The notes below the pieces were generated by a model that saw nothing but the letters and a program-made list of their open reading frames with translations, was not told the DNA's origin and did not search any database. From a virus (taxonomy: Duplodnaviria > Caudoviricetes), in the IMG/VR virus record IMGVR_UViG_3300025012_000085, positions 924 through 64,923 of that record: a stretch of DNA of 64,000 nucleotides, one strand, 5' to 3'. A program made the position numbers and the translations under genes. Shown piece after piece: positions 9,265 through 17,926 of this stretch (within the stretch, counting starts at the first letter, position 1; every line of letters begins with the position of its first letter).

Positions 9265-9966
9265 ATGCCAATATGCTGTGTGGATGCAGGTCATAATTCA
9301 AATTCAGTAGACTCCGGTGCACAGGGCAACGGACTATTCGAGCAAGACATAACCCTTGATATCGCGCTCCGGCTTAAACCACTCCTGGAGGAAAACGGCA
9401 TCCAAGTCGTTATGACTCGCACATCCGGTAGAGTTCAGGGAGGGTATACGACGGTCAACGGCTCACTTCAAACTCGTTGCGATATTTCAGATAGTGCCAA
9501 GGCGGATCTATTTGTTTCTATCCATTGTAACGCTGGTAGAGGGACAGGCTCAGAGGTTTGGGTAGTGTCGGTAGGGGGAAGGGCCGAGAAGGCTGCAAAG
9601 GCTGTTCTGGTTCGCCTGATAGAGTCTTGCGGTTGGGCTAATCGTGGGGTTAAAACTGCAAACGATTATGTGCTGGTTAATACTGATGCCCCGGCAATCC
9701 TAACCGAAAATGGATTCATCGACACAATTGAGGATGCGGTTAAGTTGAGTAGCCCGAGTTTTAGACAGGAAATAGCGGCGGCTCATGCTAAGGGGATTTG
9801 TGATTACTTTGGCATTCGGTATAAGGGCGGAGTGAGTAAGGTGGCAGAAGTTAAGCCGGACAAGGACGGATACTTACTGGTGAGAGTTTTAGATTCAAAG
9901 TCGTCTGAAGTACAAGCGCAGATTATCAAGATGGGCTATGCCTGTAAGCCTATGATATTGCCATAA
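9265..9966 (+). CDS. endolysin, N-acetylmuramoyl-L-alanine amidase (Amidase_3)
   Basis: DAGH, E, SIHCNA and ILTENGF zinc/catalytic motifs. Confidence 0.92.
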   Translation: MPICCVDAGHNSNSVDSGAQGNGLFEQDITLDIALRLKPLLEENGIQVVMTRTSGRVQGGYTTVNGSLQTRCDISDSAKADLFVSIHCNAGRGTGSEVWVVSVGGRAEKAAKAVLVRLIESCGWANRGVKTANDYVLVNTDAPAILTENGFIDTIEDAVKLSSPSFRQEIAAAHAKGICDYFGIRYKGGVSKVAEVKPDKDGYLLVRVLDSKSSEVQAQIIKMGYACKPMILP

Positions 9967-9973
9967 GAAAGGA

Positions 9974-10162
9974 TTGATTCGCATGTTGGAGAAATTTCGC
10001 AAGCCAACGCTCGTTGTAGCTATTTTAGGAGCCATTAAATTAGTTTTAGACGTGTCAGGTGTTCCGGTTCTCACGGACGATAATATCAATGCTATTGCCA
10101 ATGGTATTGCTGCGATCGCTACTATCGTCGGGATTTTGATTAATAGGGATGCAGTTCAGTAG
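9974..10162 (+). CDS. small two-TM holin
   Basis: Two TMs ending in GILIN; follows the endolysin. Confidence 0.7.
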   Translation: MIRMLEKFRKPTLVVAILGAIKLVLDVSGVPVLTDDNINAIANGIAAIATIVGILINRDAVQ

Positions 10163-10183
10163 AAAGCGTGATATAATGTAAAC

Positions 10184-10335
10184 AATAGATGATCGTCGGT
10201 TCGAATCCGACCTGCTCACAATGCTATTTAGTTGGTCATAGTCTTGACTGTGAGACTAAATAAACAGGCTAGTGTTACTATCTAGTTGGCGTGAGTGGTA
10301 GCCAAGTGGTAAGGCGGTCTAATTATTAATACAAA
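10184..10335 (+). ncRNA. circularly permuted tRNA-like RNA (YrlA-like topology)
   Basis: T-arm gtcggTTCGAATccgac and 3' acceptor strand come before the 5' acceptor strand and D-arm TAGCCAAGTGGTAAGGC; all stems pair; TGaTATAAT upstream, terminator downstream. Confidence 0.75.
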
Positions 10336-10336
10336 T

Positions 10337-10370
10337 CCCCTGCCTTTTATTAGGTGGGGGCTTATTTTTA
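10337..10370 (+). terminator. intrinsic terminator
   Basis: cccctgcct/aggtgggg followed by cttattttt. Confidence 0.7.
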
Positions 10371-10480
10371 TGCCCTGATTTTGTATATGTGTCTTTTATT
10401 TTGCGTCTGTGTCGGAATAAATGGTTTGTACTTGTGCGTAAAATATCGTATAATTAACGTATAGAAAAGGAGGTTGCTTG

Positions 10481-10609
10481 GTGAAAAGAATAGACTTAAC
10501 AATTACAGATTCGCAGCGGGAATGGTTGGAAAAGATGGCTGAGAAATTAGGAATAAGTAAGTCTGAGATTGTGAGAAGAGTTTTAGACAAGGAGATGAAG
10601 AAGAAGTGA
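10481..10609 (+). CDS. CopG-like ribbon-helix-helix protein (42 aa)
   Basis: MKRIDLTITDSQREWLEKMAEKLGISKSEIVRRVLD; RBS aaggagg; promoter TTGTAC-17-TATAAT at 10426-10454. Confidence 0.8.
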   Translation: MKRIDLTITDSQREWLEKMAEKLGISKSEIVRRVLDKEMKKK

Positions 10610-11076
10610 TCAAGCTGTGCGAACTATTTAATTCGGATGATAACATTATTGTAGACAGGGAAATGATAAGGAAAATTGGAATGAGGGAAGCCGTAACGCT
10701 ACAGACCATCAAGGATATGATGAATGATGATAAATTTATAACCTATGAAGCATTGAGAAATGAACTAACATTCTTTGGCGAAAAAGCTTTAAGGACATTA
10801 CTAAACCACCTAGTTAATTCTTCGTATATAACAATGAGCAAGTTGGGGCCATCGGAGAAGTTGGAAATGCTAAAACTAAAGGATTTAAAAGGGAAGGGGA
10901 TAGGAAACTCTGTTTGCCCATGCTGTAATTGCAGGACATTAACACTGCATAACCACCACTATCCTATACCTAGACATCTCAATGGCACTGAAACAATTCC
11001 GCTATGTCCGAGCTGTCACTATGAATACCACTACTTAGGTGCGGTGGATATTATAAAACTAAGGCAGGAAATATGA
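10606..11076 (+). CDS. winged-helix plus HNH-like zinc domain protein
   Basis: C-terminal CPCC...HNHHYP...LCPSCH. Confidence 0.55.
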   Translation: MIKLCELFNSDDNIIVDREMIRKIGMREAVTLQTIKDMMNDDKFITYEALRNELTFFGEKALRTLLNHLVNSSYITMSKLGPSEKLEMLKLKDLKGKGIGNSVCPCCNCRTLTLHNHHYPIPRHLNGTETIPLCPSCHYEYHYLGAVDIIKLRQEI

Positions 11077-11871
11077 ATGGAGCAAAGTATTTTCAGGATA
11101 CAGAAGGACAGGGATAATCCCTATGTCATGGTAAATAAGCAATTATTGAATAATGCGGAGCTGAGTTGGAAGGCGAAAGGCTTGCTTACGTATTTACTTA
11201 GCCTACCTGACAACTGGCAAATTTACGAAGATGAAATAGTCAAACATGCTAAAGATGGCAAGGATAGCCTAAGGAGCGCCATTAAAGAATTAATAGCGAA
11301 CGGCTACATAGAAAGGGAGAGAATAAGAAATTCATCCGGACAATTAAAGGGCTACGGTTATTGTGTTTACGAGATTCATAACCAGAGCGGAAAATCCAAT
11401 GATGGTAAAACCATTAAGGGTAAATCCGCTACTAATAATACTAACTCCACAAATAATAACGTAAGTAATAATAAGATTAACATGGGAATCACATCTAACG
11501 ATGTAAATTCGTGTGTAAAAGAAAAGGCTATATCTTTTTCTGAATACAAACTTAGATATGTTGTTGGTGATTTTGAGGAAGAAAGTATTGATTATTACTT
11601 AAAATCATTTAAGCGATATAGGAAAAAGGAACATTCAAAGCTAACGAGCAAGAAGTGGGCTTATGTTGTGGATACATGGTTCCATCTTTGGGATAGCCAA
11701 AGGAATACATCGGTTGATAATGATATCTACACAATGGAGAATATAATCGATGCTCATTTTAAAACTAAGTACACATCAGGAGACCACAGCATCATTCATT
11801 TTTTATCAGGAGAGATAAGGATTAACCGTTATTATGAAACTAAGTATGACGAGAGACGAGAGATTAATTAA
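11077..11871 (+). CDS. replication initiator-like wHTH protein
   Basis: NPYVMVNK...LSWKAKGLLTYLLSLPDNW...IKELIANGYI; internal repeats ggwaaawcc at 15-bp spacing and an Asn-rich linker. Confidence 0.75.
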   Translation: MEQSIFRIQKDRDNPYVMVNKQLLNNAELSWKAKGLLTYLLSLPDNWQIYEDEIVKHAKDGKDSLRSAIKELIANGYIERERIRNSSGQLKGYGYCVYEIHNQSGKSNDGKTIKGKSATNNTNSTNNNVSNNKINMGITSNDVNSCVKEKAISFSEYKLRYVVGDFEEESIDYYLKSFKRYRKKEHSKLTSKKWAYVVDTWFHLWDSQRNTSVDNDIYTMENIIDAHFKTKYTSGDHSIIHFLSGEIRINRYYETKYDERREIN

Positions 11872-11948
11872 TAATACTTATCAGCTAGTGCTTGGTTTAG
11901 GATTTGGGCTATTCGGGAGATTAGGAAGAAGAAGGGTGGTAAATAAGG

Positions 11949-12368
11949 GTGGGAATAACAATAAGTTCAAAAAGGCATAGTTGTGACATGGGGTATGGCG
12001 GTTTTGGTAGATTCAGAAATATGGTATCCGAAAAAGTTGGCGTTAAATTTCATGAGCATTACACGAGTATGGATGTTCCAGAAGTTATATTTTCAAGTGG
12101 AGATAAAAGAACAGAGTTTTTTGAAAAGTACAACGCTGCTACCGAGGAACTTAATGAACAAGGGGAAGTAACTATAGAAGTTGCTAATTTTCTATATCAA
12201 AGCGATTGCAATGGAAAGGTAGATAGAAAACAGGCAAAGCAGATATACGAATTAATTAAAGGGTGTGACGATAACATTAGTTTTGGTTATTCTGGTAGAA
12301 AAGATTGTGCCAAAATGTCAGATTTGAAGAGTATATTTTCGGATAAAACAGGGGTTGAATGGAGTTAA
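11949..12368 (+). CDS. hypothetical phage protein
   Basis: 139-aa ORF in a co-oriented cluster. Confidence 0.6.
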   Translation: MGITISSKRHSCDMGYGGFGRFRNMVSEKVGVKFHEHYTSMDVPEVIFSSGDKRTEFFEKYNAATEELNEQGEVTIEVANFLYQSDCNGKVDRKQAKQIYELIKGCDDNISFGYSGRKDCAKMSDLKSIFSDKTGVEWS

Positions 12369-12405
12369 TTGAAACCGATGGATTAGCGAGGGAGGAAGAA
12401 ATAGG

Positions 12406-12696
12406 ATGAGAGTCTATAGAATGTGCCACACCGACCACGACTACGGGCCAATAACAACCAATTCAGGTGATGTGATTATAGAGCTAAAAACCGAACTAGA
12501 TGAATCGGGAGAAGATCAAGAGTGCGGATTCACTAGGGATAATTTACCTAAGCTGAAGAAATCACTAGAATCATTGCCAATAACGGGAGATATTAACGAC
12601 GCAACCGCAATCGCTGTATTTGGCCCATATATGATACAGGCTGAAGAAATGACTCAAGAGGAATATGATAGCTTGCCTGAATTTGATGGGTATTAA
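12406..12696 (+). CDS. hypothetical phage protein
   Basis: RBS ggagg; C-terminal EMTQEEYDSLPEFDG common in phage small proteins. Confidence 0.6.
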   Translation: MRVYRMCHTDHDYGPITTNSGDVIIELKTELDESGEDQECGFTRDNLPKLKKSLESLPITGDINDATAIAVFGPYMIQAEEMTQEEYDSLPEFDGY

Positions 12697-13119
12697 TTAT
12701 TAAGGAGGAATAAGTAAGTAGGATGAAAACAGATTGGTTTGCAATATTTATAATTGTTAGCGGTGTTTTGTATTATGGAACTTTTTGTTTCTATCGTCAG
12801 TGGATGATAAGAAAGGAAGAGATTGAGAAGGAAGGTAAAGATGAATAAGCAATCAGCTAAAGACTTAATTGAAGAAAAATTTATCGACATTATGGCTGCC
12901 CAATTTGGCGTATCTGATGATGACGAAGCGAGGGGGATACTTAGGGATATTATTTTTAAGGGCGGAGGAGAGATTGGGGAGGAGAAATAACTATGAATAA
13001 GTATGAAAAATGCAAAGAATGTACATGGGGAACAAAGTCCGGGAACTGCGTACTAGTGGGAGATGTTAGGATAACATGCAGGGCGAATGAATTTGGTGAG
13101 TTTTCTCAGGTGGTAGAGA

Positions 13120-13329
13120 TTGGGGAGGAGGGGGAATAAGCGAATGGGTATCGGTTACATTTCTAAGGAATATACATTCTGGTGCGGAAATGAAGAATGT
13201 GGAGAATGGGAGCAATTTAGTGGAAATAATAAAAAGGACACAATCGAATTCGCAAGGAAACATGGTTGGAGAAACACTACGCTATATGGCTGGATATGCC
13301 CCAAATGTTCTAAGGTTAGTAGGGGTTGA
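13120..13329 (+). CDS. small zinc-ribbon protein
   Basis: C-x4-C ... CPKC. Confidence 0.5.
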   Translation: MGRRGNKRMGIGYISKEYTFWCGNEECGEWEQFSGNNKKDTIEFARKHGWRNTTLYGWICPKCSKVSRG

Positions 13330-13467
13330 GAAGGAGGTGAAACAAGATGATTAACTGCGAAGGTTGCTCAATGCCTATACATGAAGGTGATGAAGTCCTA
13401 ATTATTCAATGGCATGATGATTTGCCGGAAATGATTATTCATAAGAGTTTCTATTGTCTACTAAAGC

Positions 13468-13752
13468 TTGAGGAGATCAATGAGGGTATTGGGAGTTTTG
13501 AGGAGGGGAAGTAAGTTGAGTGATAATCCATATGTAAAGCAGCAAATGCAATCAATCCGGAACTTAATGGAGGTTCCCATAACTAACGGATGTAACTACT
13601 GCATGAAGGGTAAACAATTAATTAGTCATACCGTGCATAATAGATGGTATGTGGATGACGTAAAGTGTGAGTTACGAGCTAACAATGATTTGGTTTCCTC
13701 GGAACGCATCTATATAAATTTTTGTCCTATGTGTGGTAGGAGGTTAAAGTAA
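13468..13752 (+). CDS. small zinc-finger protein
   Basis: CNYC ... INFCPMCGRRL. Confidence 0.6.
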   Translation: MRRSMRVLGVLRRGSKLSDNPYVKQQMQSIRNLMEVPITNGCNYCMKGKQLISHTVHNRWYVDDVKCELRANNDLVSSERIYINFCPMCGRRLK

Positions 13753-13754
13753 TT

Positions 13755-14216
13755 ATGACTAAATACCAGCACTACAAAGGTGGCATCTATACTCTTATAT
13801 CGGCATCGGCATACCACACAGAGACGGATGAGCGACTTGCGATATATCAGAACAAAGGTGGAGAAGTATTCGCAAGACCTCACGCCATGTTCTTTGAGTA
13901 TATTTTAGTCGATGGGGAGACGGTTCAGAGGTTTAAGGAGATAGATTCAGCTCCAAGGGAATATCCAATAATCAAAGGCAAGGATGCAGAAAAATTCGTG
14001 AAAAGACAAGAAAACTACATGAACAATCTATTGAAAAAGTATGGGAGGGTGAACAGGAATGAAGCAACACATAACTCCATCCCAAGCAAAAGAGATAACC
14101 GAAGAACAATTCTACTCTCTATTCAAAAATCAACATTGGGGAAGTGTAAGGCGCAAAGATTACGCCAATTATCATCACAAAAAGGTTACTATCGGGAAGT
14201 GTATCGAGGTACTTGA
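13755..14216 (+). CDS. DUF1653-domain protein
   Basis: YQHYKGGIY...HTET.E.L.IYQ...FARP..MF. Confidence 0.7.
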   Translation: MTKYQHYKGGIYTLISASAYHTETDERLAIYQNKGGEVFARPHAMFFEYILVDGETVQRFKEIDSAPREYPIIKGKDAEKFVKRQENYMNNLLKKYGRVNRNEATHNSIPSKRDNRRTILLSIQKSTLGKCKAQRLRQLSSQKGYYREVYRGT

Positions 14217-14373
14217 AGAACACGACAGATGCATTAATATAACAAATGCTGTATTCGGAGTAGAATACGATAATAAATTTACTTGGGAAGTGAGACTTCG
14301 CCATCTTGATAAATTAAATTATGAGGCTGAGCTTATAGATGCACTATGGCAAGCAGTTAAATCAATATTGTAG
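14059..14373 (+). CDS. hypothetical phage protein
   Basis: RBS ggagg; ELIDALWQAVK C-terminus. Confidence 0.55.
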   Translation: MKQHITPSQAKEITEEQFYSLFKNQHWGSVRRKDYANYHHKKVTIGKCIEVLEEHDRCINITNAVFGVEYDNKFTWEVRLRHLDKLNYEAELIDALWQAVKSIL

Positions 14374-14541
14374 GGAGTGAAGAGGGATGGGAGAAAAGGA
14401 AATTCTCTTAAAAATAAACGAACTTATCAGAAAGGCTGAAGATGGAGACATAACGATAAAGGACGTTTATTATGCCATAAAAGTTATAATGCCTAGTGAC
14501 CAATAGATTAAGGAATATTTCACATACTAATAGCACAAACA

Positions 14542-14566
14542 AATGCCATCCAGCTCGGATGGCATT
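14542..14566. terminator. bidirectional terminator between convergent modules
   Basis: aatgccatcc/ggatggcatt. Confidence 0.6.
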
Positions 14567-14568
14567 AT

Positions 14569-14844
14569 CTATTTCAAGGGAATGAACCGATTAAACATTC
14601 CTAAAGTAGTTACCTTCCTCTCGCCATAGTACGTAGTGTAAATAGTTCCAAAGTAAATATCCTTAGATGTCGTGGCTGAACTTATTAATGGCCCGCCAAA
14701 GAAAGAGACTAATCCACTCTCTAAGCCAGGTGCGCTGCGCTCTATCACCTTATCCTTTGCCCATGCTACATAATCGCTTCTAGGTGGGTTTGTGGCCGCC
14801 ATCGCAACTAACACCACAGCTAATATAGCTAATCTTTTCATCAT
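14569..14844 (-). CDS. DUF4359-like exported/membrane protein
   Basis: N-terminal TM then TNP...Y..WA and C-terminal LG.F..F pattern. Confidence 0.6.
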   Translation of the reverse strand: MMKRLAILAVVLVAMAATNPPRSDYVAWAKDKVIERSAPGLESGLVSFFGGPLISSATTSKDIYFGTIYTTYYGERKVTTLGMFNRFIPLK

Positions 14845-14866
14845 CCATCTCTCCTTTGCTCAAAAT

Positions 14867-14896
14867 TATTATTACCTGAAAAACGAACAATTATGC
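14867..14896 (-). promoter_or_regulatory. sigmaF-type (forespore) promoter candidate
   Basis: Minus strand GCATA-N15-GGTAATAATA matches the B. subtilis sigmaF consensus GYWTA-N15-GGnnAnAnTR. Confidence 0.55.
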
Positions 14897-14947
14897 AAAA
14901 CAAATCCCTCTAATCATTGCGAATAGAGGGATTTGTTATCATGTCTA

Positions 14948-15010
14948 ATCGGTCACTATATCGGTCGTTCTTTATATCAGTCACTGCATCGGTCGCCATA
15001 AACGACTGAT
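14948..15010. repeat. five ATCRGTCR repeats (4 direct, 1 inverted)
   Basis: atcggtcact 14948, atcggtcgtt 14960, atcagtcact 14976, atcggtcgcc 14988, inverted copy 15001-15010. Confidence 0.65.
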
Positions 15011-15106
15011 GTACAAGCCAAAATACGCTAAATACCTATGATTTTTCTAGGAAAAAGAGGGTTAAGGGGGAATGATTAAGGATTCCAAAGGACAAGCAAG
15101 GGGGAT

Positions 15107-15691
15107 TTACTTTAAGTACCTCACAGGGTCAACAGCAACCCCCTCCTTCCTGACCTCAAAGTGTAGGTGTGGGCCTGTTGATCTACCCGTACTTCCACAA
15201 TTACCAATCCTAGAACCTGCGATTACAGGATAGCCAACTTTCACAGATAACCCACTTAAGTGACCATATAAAGTTTCGACTCCATTTCCATGATTCACGA
15301 TAATCATATTTCCATAAATATCATCCCAACATACCTTGGTTACATCTCCCTCCCAATACGAAGTTACGGGAGTTCCTTCGTTGGCAGCTATATCAATTCC
15401 GTGATGGTCCACGCCGTTGAAGTATTTCGTTATCTTACCTTTCATTGGCAACTCATTACTACCTTGACCAATATTTGAAACTCTTTCTACTGTACCTTGG
15501 ATAGAGTCTATCCTTGCGTTCAACCTTTTCAGGGTCGGAGCAAGATCCTGTATAGTAGTTAGTAGGCCCAACATGATAGCCACCATCGCAACCAAGTTAG
15601 CGAGTTGTTTTCTCTCTACAGCGATAAGAATTACATAGGCTATAAATGATGCTACCGCAATAAATACTATGTGGAAAATCCATAAAGCCAC
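15107..15691 (-). CDS. membrane-anchored M23 peptidase with SpoIIIAC/AD-like N-terminal hairpin
   Basis: HHGIDI (HxxxD) and STGPHLHFEVR (HxH) motifs; two N-terminal TMs and a coiled coil. Confidence 0.85.
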   Translation of the reverse strand: MALWIFHIVFIAVASFIAYVILIAVERKQLANLVAMVAIMLGLLTTIQDLAPTLKRLNARIDSIQGTVERVSNIGQGSNELPMKGKITKYFNGVDHHGIDIAANEGTPVTSYWEGDVTKVCWDDIYGNMIIVNHGNGVETLYGHLSGLSVKVGYPVIAGSRIGNCGSTGRSTGPHLHFEVRKEGVAVDPVRYLK

Positions 15692-15692
15692 A

Positions 15693-15929
15693 TTACATCA
15701 CGCCTGTCGTAAAGTCGAAGAACTTCTTGAGCAACTGCCACGCTACGGCTACTACCGAAAGGATAGCAACAATTGTAGTTGCCGTTCTTAGCATTCCTGC
15801 GACCTGACCCTTATTCAATGCTCCTAAAATTAATTCCCCTAACCAAGATCCCACACCAAGCATAACTAAGATGATAATTACGAATCCAGGCTTACCTGGT
15901 CCGAATACCTCCCTTGCTGCTTCTGCCAT
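15693..15929 (-). CDS. small two-TM protein, SpoIIIAC/SpoIIIAD-like
   Basis: TM - IL..LNKGQVA.M - TM - LLKKFF layout resembling SpoIIIAC. Confidence 0.5.
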   Translation of the reverse strand: MAEAAREVFGPGKPGFVIIILVMLGVGSWLGELILGALNKGQVAGMLRTATTIVAILSVVAVAWQLLKKFFDFTTGVM

Positions 15930-16578
15930 TTAAGCATTCCTCCTTTATTTGATCTAATGAATAAACACGAAATTCAAGATTATGGGCATTCTCTTTATCA
16001 ATTTTCTCCTTGATAGGTTTAACTCTTCCAGTAGTCACAACGATAATAGCAGGGAATCGCTTGGACAAGGGAACCCACCATTGATCCATATAGGTTCCTG
16101 AATTAAAAAGCTCGTTGTATTTTTTAACTTTCTTTGCAAAGTCGTTACCACTTCTATTAATATCCATTTCGACGAAATAGAAATACATAGCATCTTGCCA
16201 TAGATTTTTTATCCCCACAAAAGCATCCGGCCGAATAGTCTTGTAGTCCTTAATCTCCCGGTCGAAGCAATGAAGTTTTTCCATATTGGAGAGAGTTGCG
16301 GTTATCCAAGTGAAGACCCACGACACGCCTAGAACATGCTCTAGCTGCCCCGGCCTACGATCTAGGTAGTAATGATATGGTTCACCTAGCCTTAGTCTAT
16401 AACGATTGACTTTAGCGTGTGGTGGAGATGAAAGGATGGCAAGGCGGCGTTGAACTATGCGGAGACAATTACCTTTGAATAAGAGTAGGTGAATCATATC
16501 CGTAGTTAGTGCTGTTTGAGATTCTAGGAGGTCAACTATTGCCCTATCGCGGCGATAACATTTTTGGTGATTGCTCAA
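15892..16578 (-). CDS. replication-relaxation (Replic_Relax) family protein
   Basis: RD..I..L...ALTT..I..L.F wHTH; QLEH.L; IRPDAF; FVEMD; K.KKY. Confidence 0.8.
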   Translation of the reverse strand: MSNHQKCYRRDRAIVDLLESQTALTTDMIHLLLFKGNCLRIVQRRLAILSSPPHAKVNRYRLRLGEPYHYYLDRRPGQLEHVLGVSWVFTWITATLSNMEKLHCFDREIKDYKTIRPDAFVGIKNLWQDAMYFYFVEMDINRSGNDFAKKVKKYNELFNSGTYMDQWWVPLSKRFPAIIVVTTGRVKPIKEKIDKENAHNLEFRVYSLDQIKEECLNGRSSKGGIRTR

Positions 16579-17677
16579 TCTTTATCAACTCGCTTCGTAC
16601 AATCATTGGCCTATTGTTATAGAGTTTTATCGCTTCGTCGGGTTCTAATAACAATGTTTGAACCTCTAATTTCTCAAGACCACATTTATAGATAGCTCTG
16701 CCTTTTATTGCTGGAAGGTGTGCCGCCTCATCACTGTCCAAGATCATCCTGGAGTTAATTATATCGGCCACAACAAAACATATCCTTCCGAGAAACATTG
16801 CTTTTAGATCACCAAACTTTTCAAACACTTTGGAGGATGGCCTCTGTGTGGCTGCAATCACATGTACTCCAACAAATCTCCCCATCCTCAGAAGCCTCCA
16901 TAAGCTGTCTTGTGCATCTTCTGGCAAGTCTGCCCACTCGTCTATAATTAGGACTATATAGGGCATCTGGTGGCCTTTCTTGTGGTATTTCTTGATCTTA
17001 GCGCATGATGCTGACTTTAGAATCTTCTTTCGCTTATCCATCTCTTTATTCAGTGACTCGAACAAACCCTTAACTTGACTCATTTCGTCTACTACCAAAG
17101 CCATTTCATTAAGATAATCAAACTCAGTCGATTTAGGGTCGATGATAATCAAGTTGGTGTCCGGCCTGTAAAGGAGGATTGAGTTCGCGATAACATGGAG
17201 TTGATTCGATTTTCCATAGTTCGTTTCCCCGGCTGTTAGTAGGTGCGGATAATCCACAAGGTCCCTAACTATTAATCCTTTAGCGGATACACCTAATGGT
17301 AGTGGTAATTCCATCTTGGAATATTTAGTGTGGTCATAGAGAGAGTATGGGTACTTCTTTTTAAGTTCCTCGGTCATAACCTCCATGGTGACTAATTTTC
17401 CGTGCTTTTCGATATGGACTGAACCACCTGTTGCATCTGCAAATAGTTGAGTCTTTTTCTGAAAATCAGAGAATCCAGTTCCAGGAGGAAGGAAGATTCT
17501 AAACGTCCATACTTCACCATCTTTTGATTTATGGATAATTAAAGGTTTTAGTTCACCCTTGGAGTACAGGGCATCTACGCAATCCTGAACTGCTGCATGG
17601 GCATCATTGCCCTTACGATGGAGCCAAAGCGATTTAAGCTGGTCCCTGACTTCTTCTATTACGTTTTGCTGCTTCAT
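16544..17677 (-). CDS. FtsK/SpoIIIE-family ATPase
   Basis: PHLLTAGETNYGKS (Walker A), IIDPK, LIIDEWADL (Walker B), ATQRPS, KGRAI. Confidence 0.92.
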   Translation of the reverse strand: MKQQNVIEEVRDQLKSLWLHRKGNDAHAAVQDCVDALYSKGELKPLIIHKSKDGEVWTFRIFLPPGTGFSDFQKKTQLFADATGGSVHIEKHGKLVTMEVMTEELKKKYPYSLYDHTKYSKMELPLPLGVSAKGLIVRDLVDYPHLLTAGETNYGKSNQLHVIANSILLYRPDTNLIIIDPKSTEFDYLNEMALVVDEMSQVKGLFESLNKEMDKRKKILKSASCAKIKKYHKKGHQMPYIVLIIDEWADLPEDAQDSLWRLLRMGRFVGVHVIAATQRPSSKVFEKFGDLKAMFLGRICFVVADIINSRMILDSDEAAHLPAIKGRAIYKCGLEKLEVQTLLLEPDEAIKLYNNRPMIVRSELIKIEQSPKMLSPR

Positions 17678-17828
17678 CCATCAATCCCCTTTCAATCAAT
17701 ACTTTCCTCAGTCCGTCCCTAATCATGTCGGCTAGTTCTCCTTCTTCAAGGCTGAGACACATAATAGCTTGCCGAATATCCTTATCCCTTTTCCTTAACC
17801 TAGCCCTAAGAATTGATATATCGTCCAT
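17634..17828 (-). CDS. ribbon-helix-helix-like regulator
   Basis: ILRARL...DKDI...LADMIRDGLRKVL; first gene of the operon. Confidence 0.55.
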   Translation of the reverse strand: MDDISILRARLRKRDKDIRQAIMCLSLEEGELADMIRDGLRKVLIERGLMDEAAKRNRRSQGPA

Positions 17829-17862
17829 TTGTGTACCTCCTGGGTAATCGTTGTGTTACATG

Positions 17863-17892
17863 AAGGTATGGGATACTGTTTGTACTATATTC
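17863..17892 (-). promoter_or_regulatory. sporulation sigma (sigmaE/G-like) promoter candidate
   Basis: Minus strand GAATA-N17-CATACCTT upstream of the FtsK operon RBS. Confidence 0.45.
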
Positions 17893-17926
17893 CTGTTAAA
17901 TTTAGGCAAAAGAAAAACCAGACATA

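Noticed and set aside
10186-10321. Canonical tRNA gene, or attP carrying a tRNA 3' end
   Set aside because: Halves are in reversed order with no anticodon loop; both halves are present with a promoter and terminator; no integrase seen
10186-10335. Two-piece (permuted) tmRNA
   Set aside because: Too short, no tag reading frame, and has a full D-stem
14948-15010. CRISPR mini-array
   Set aside because: Repeats of about 10 bp with 2-6 bp gaps; no spacers and no cas genes
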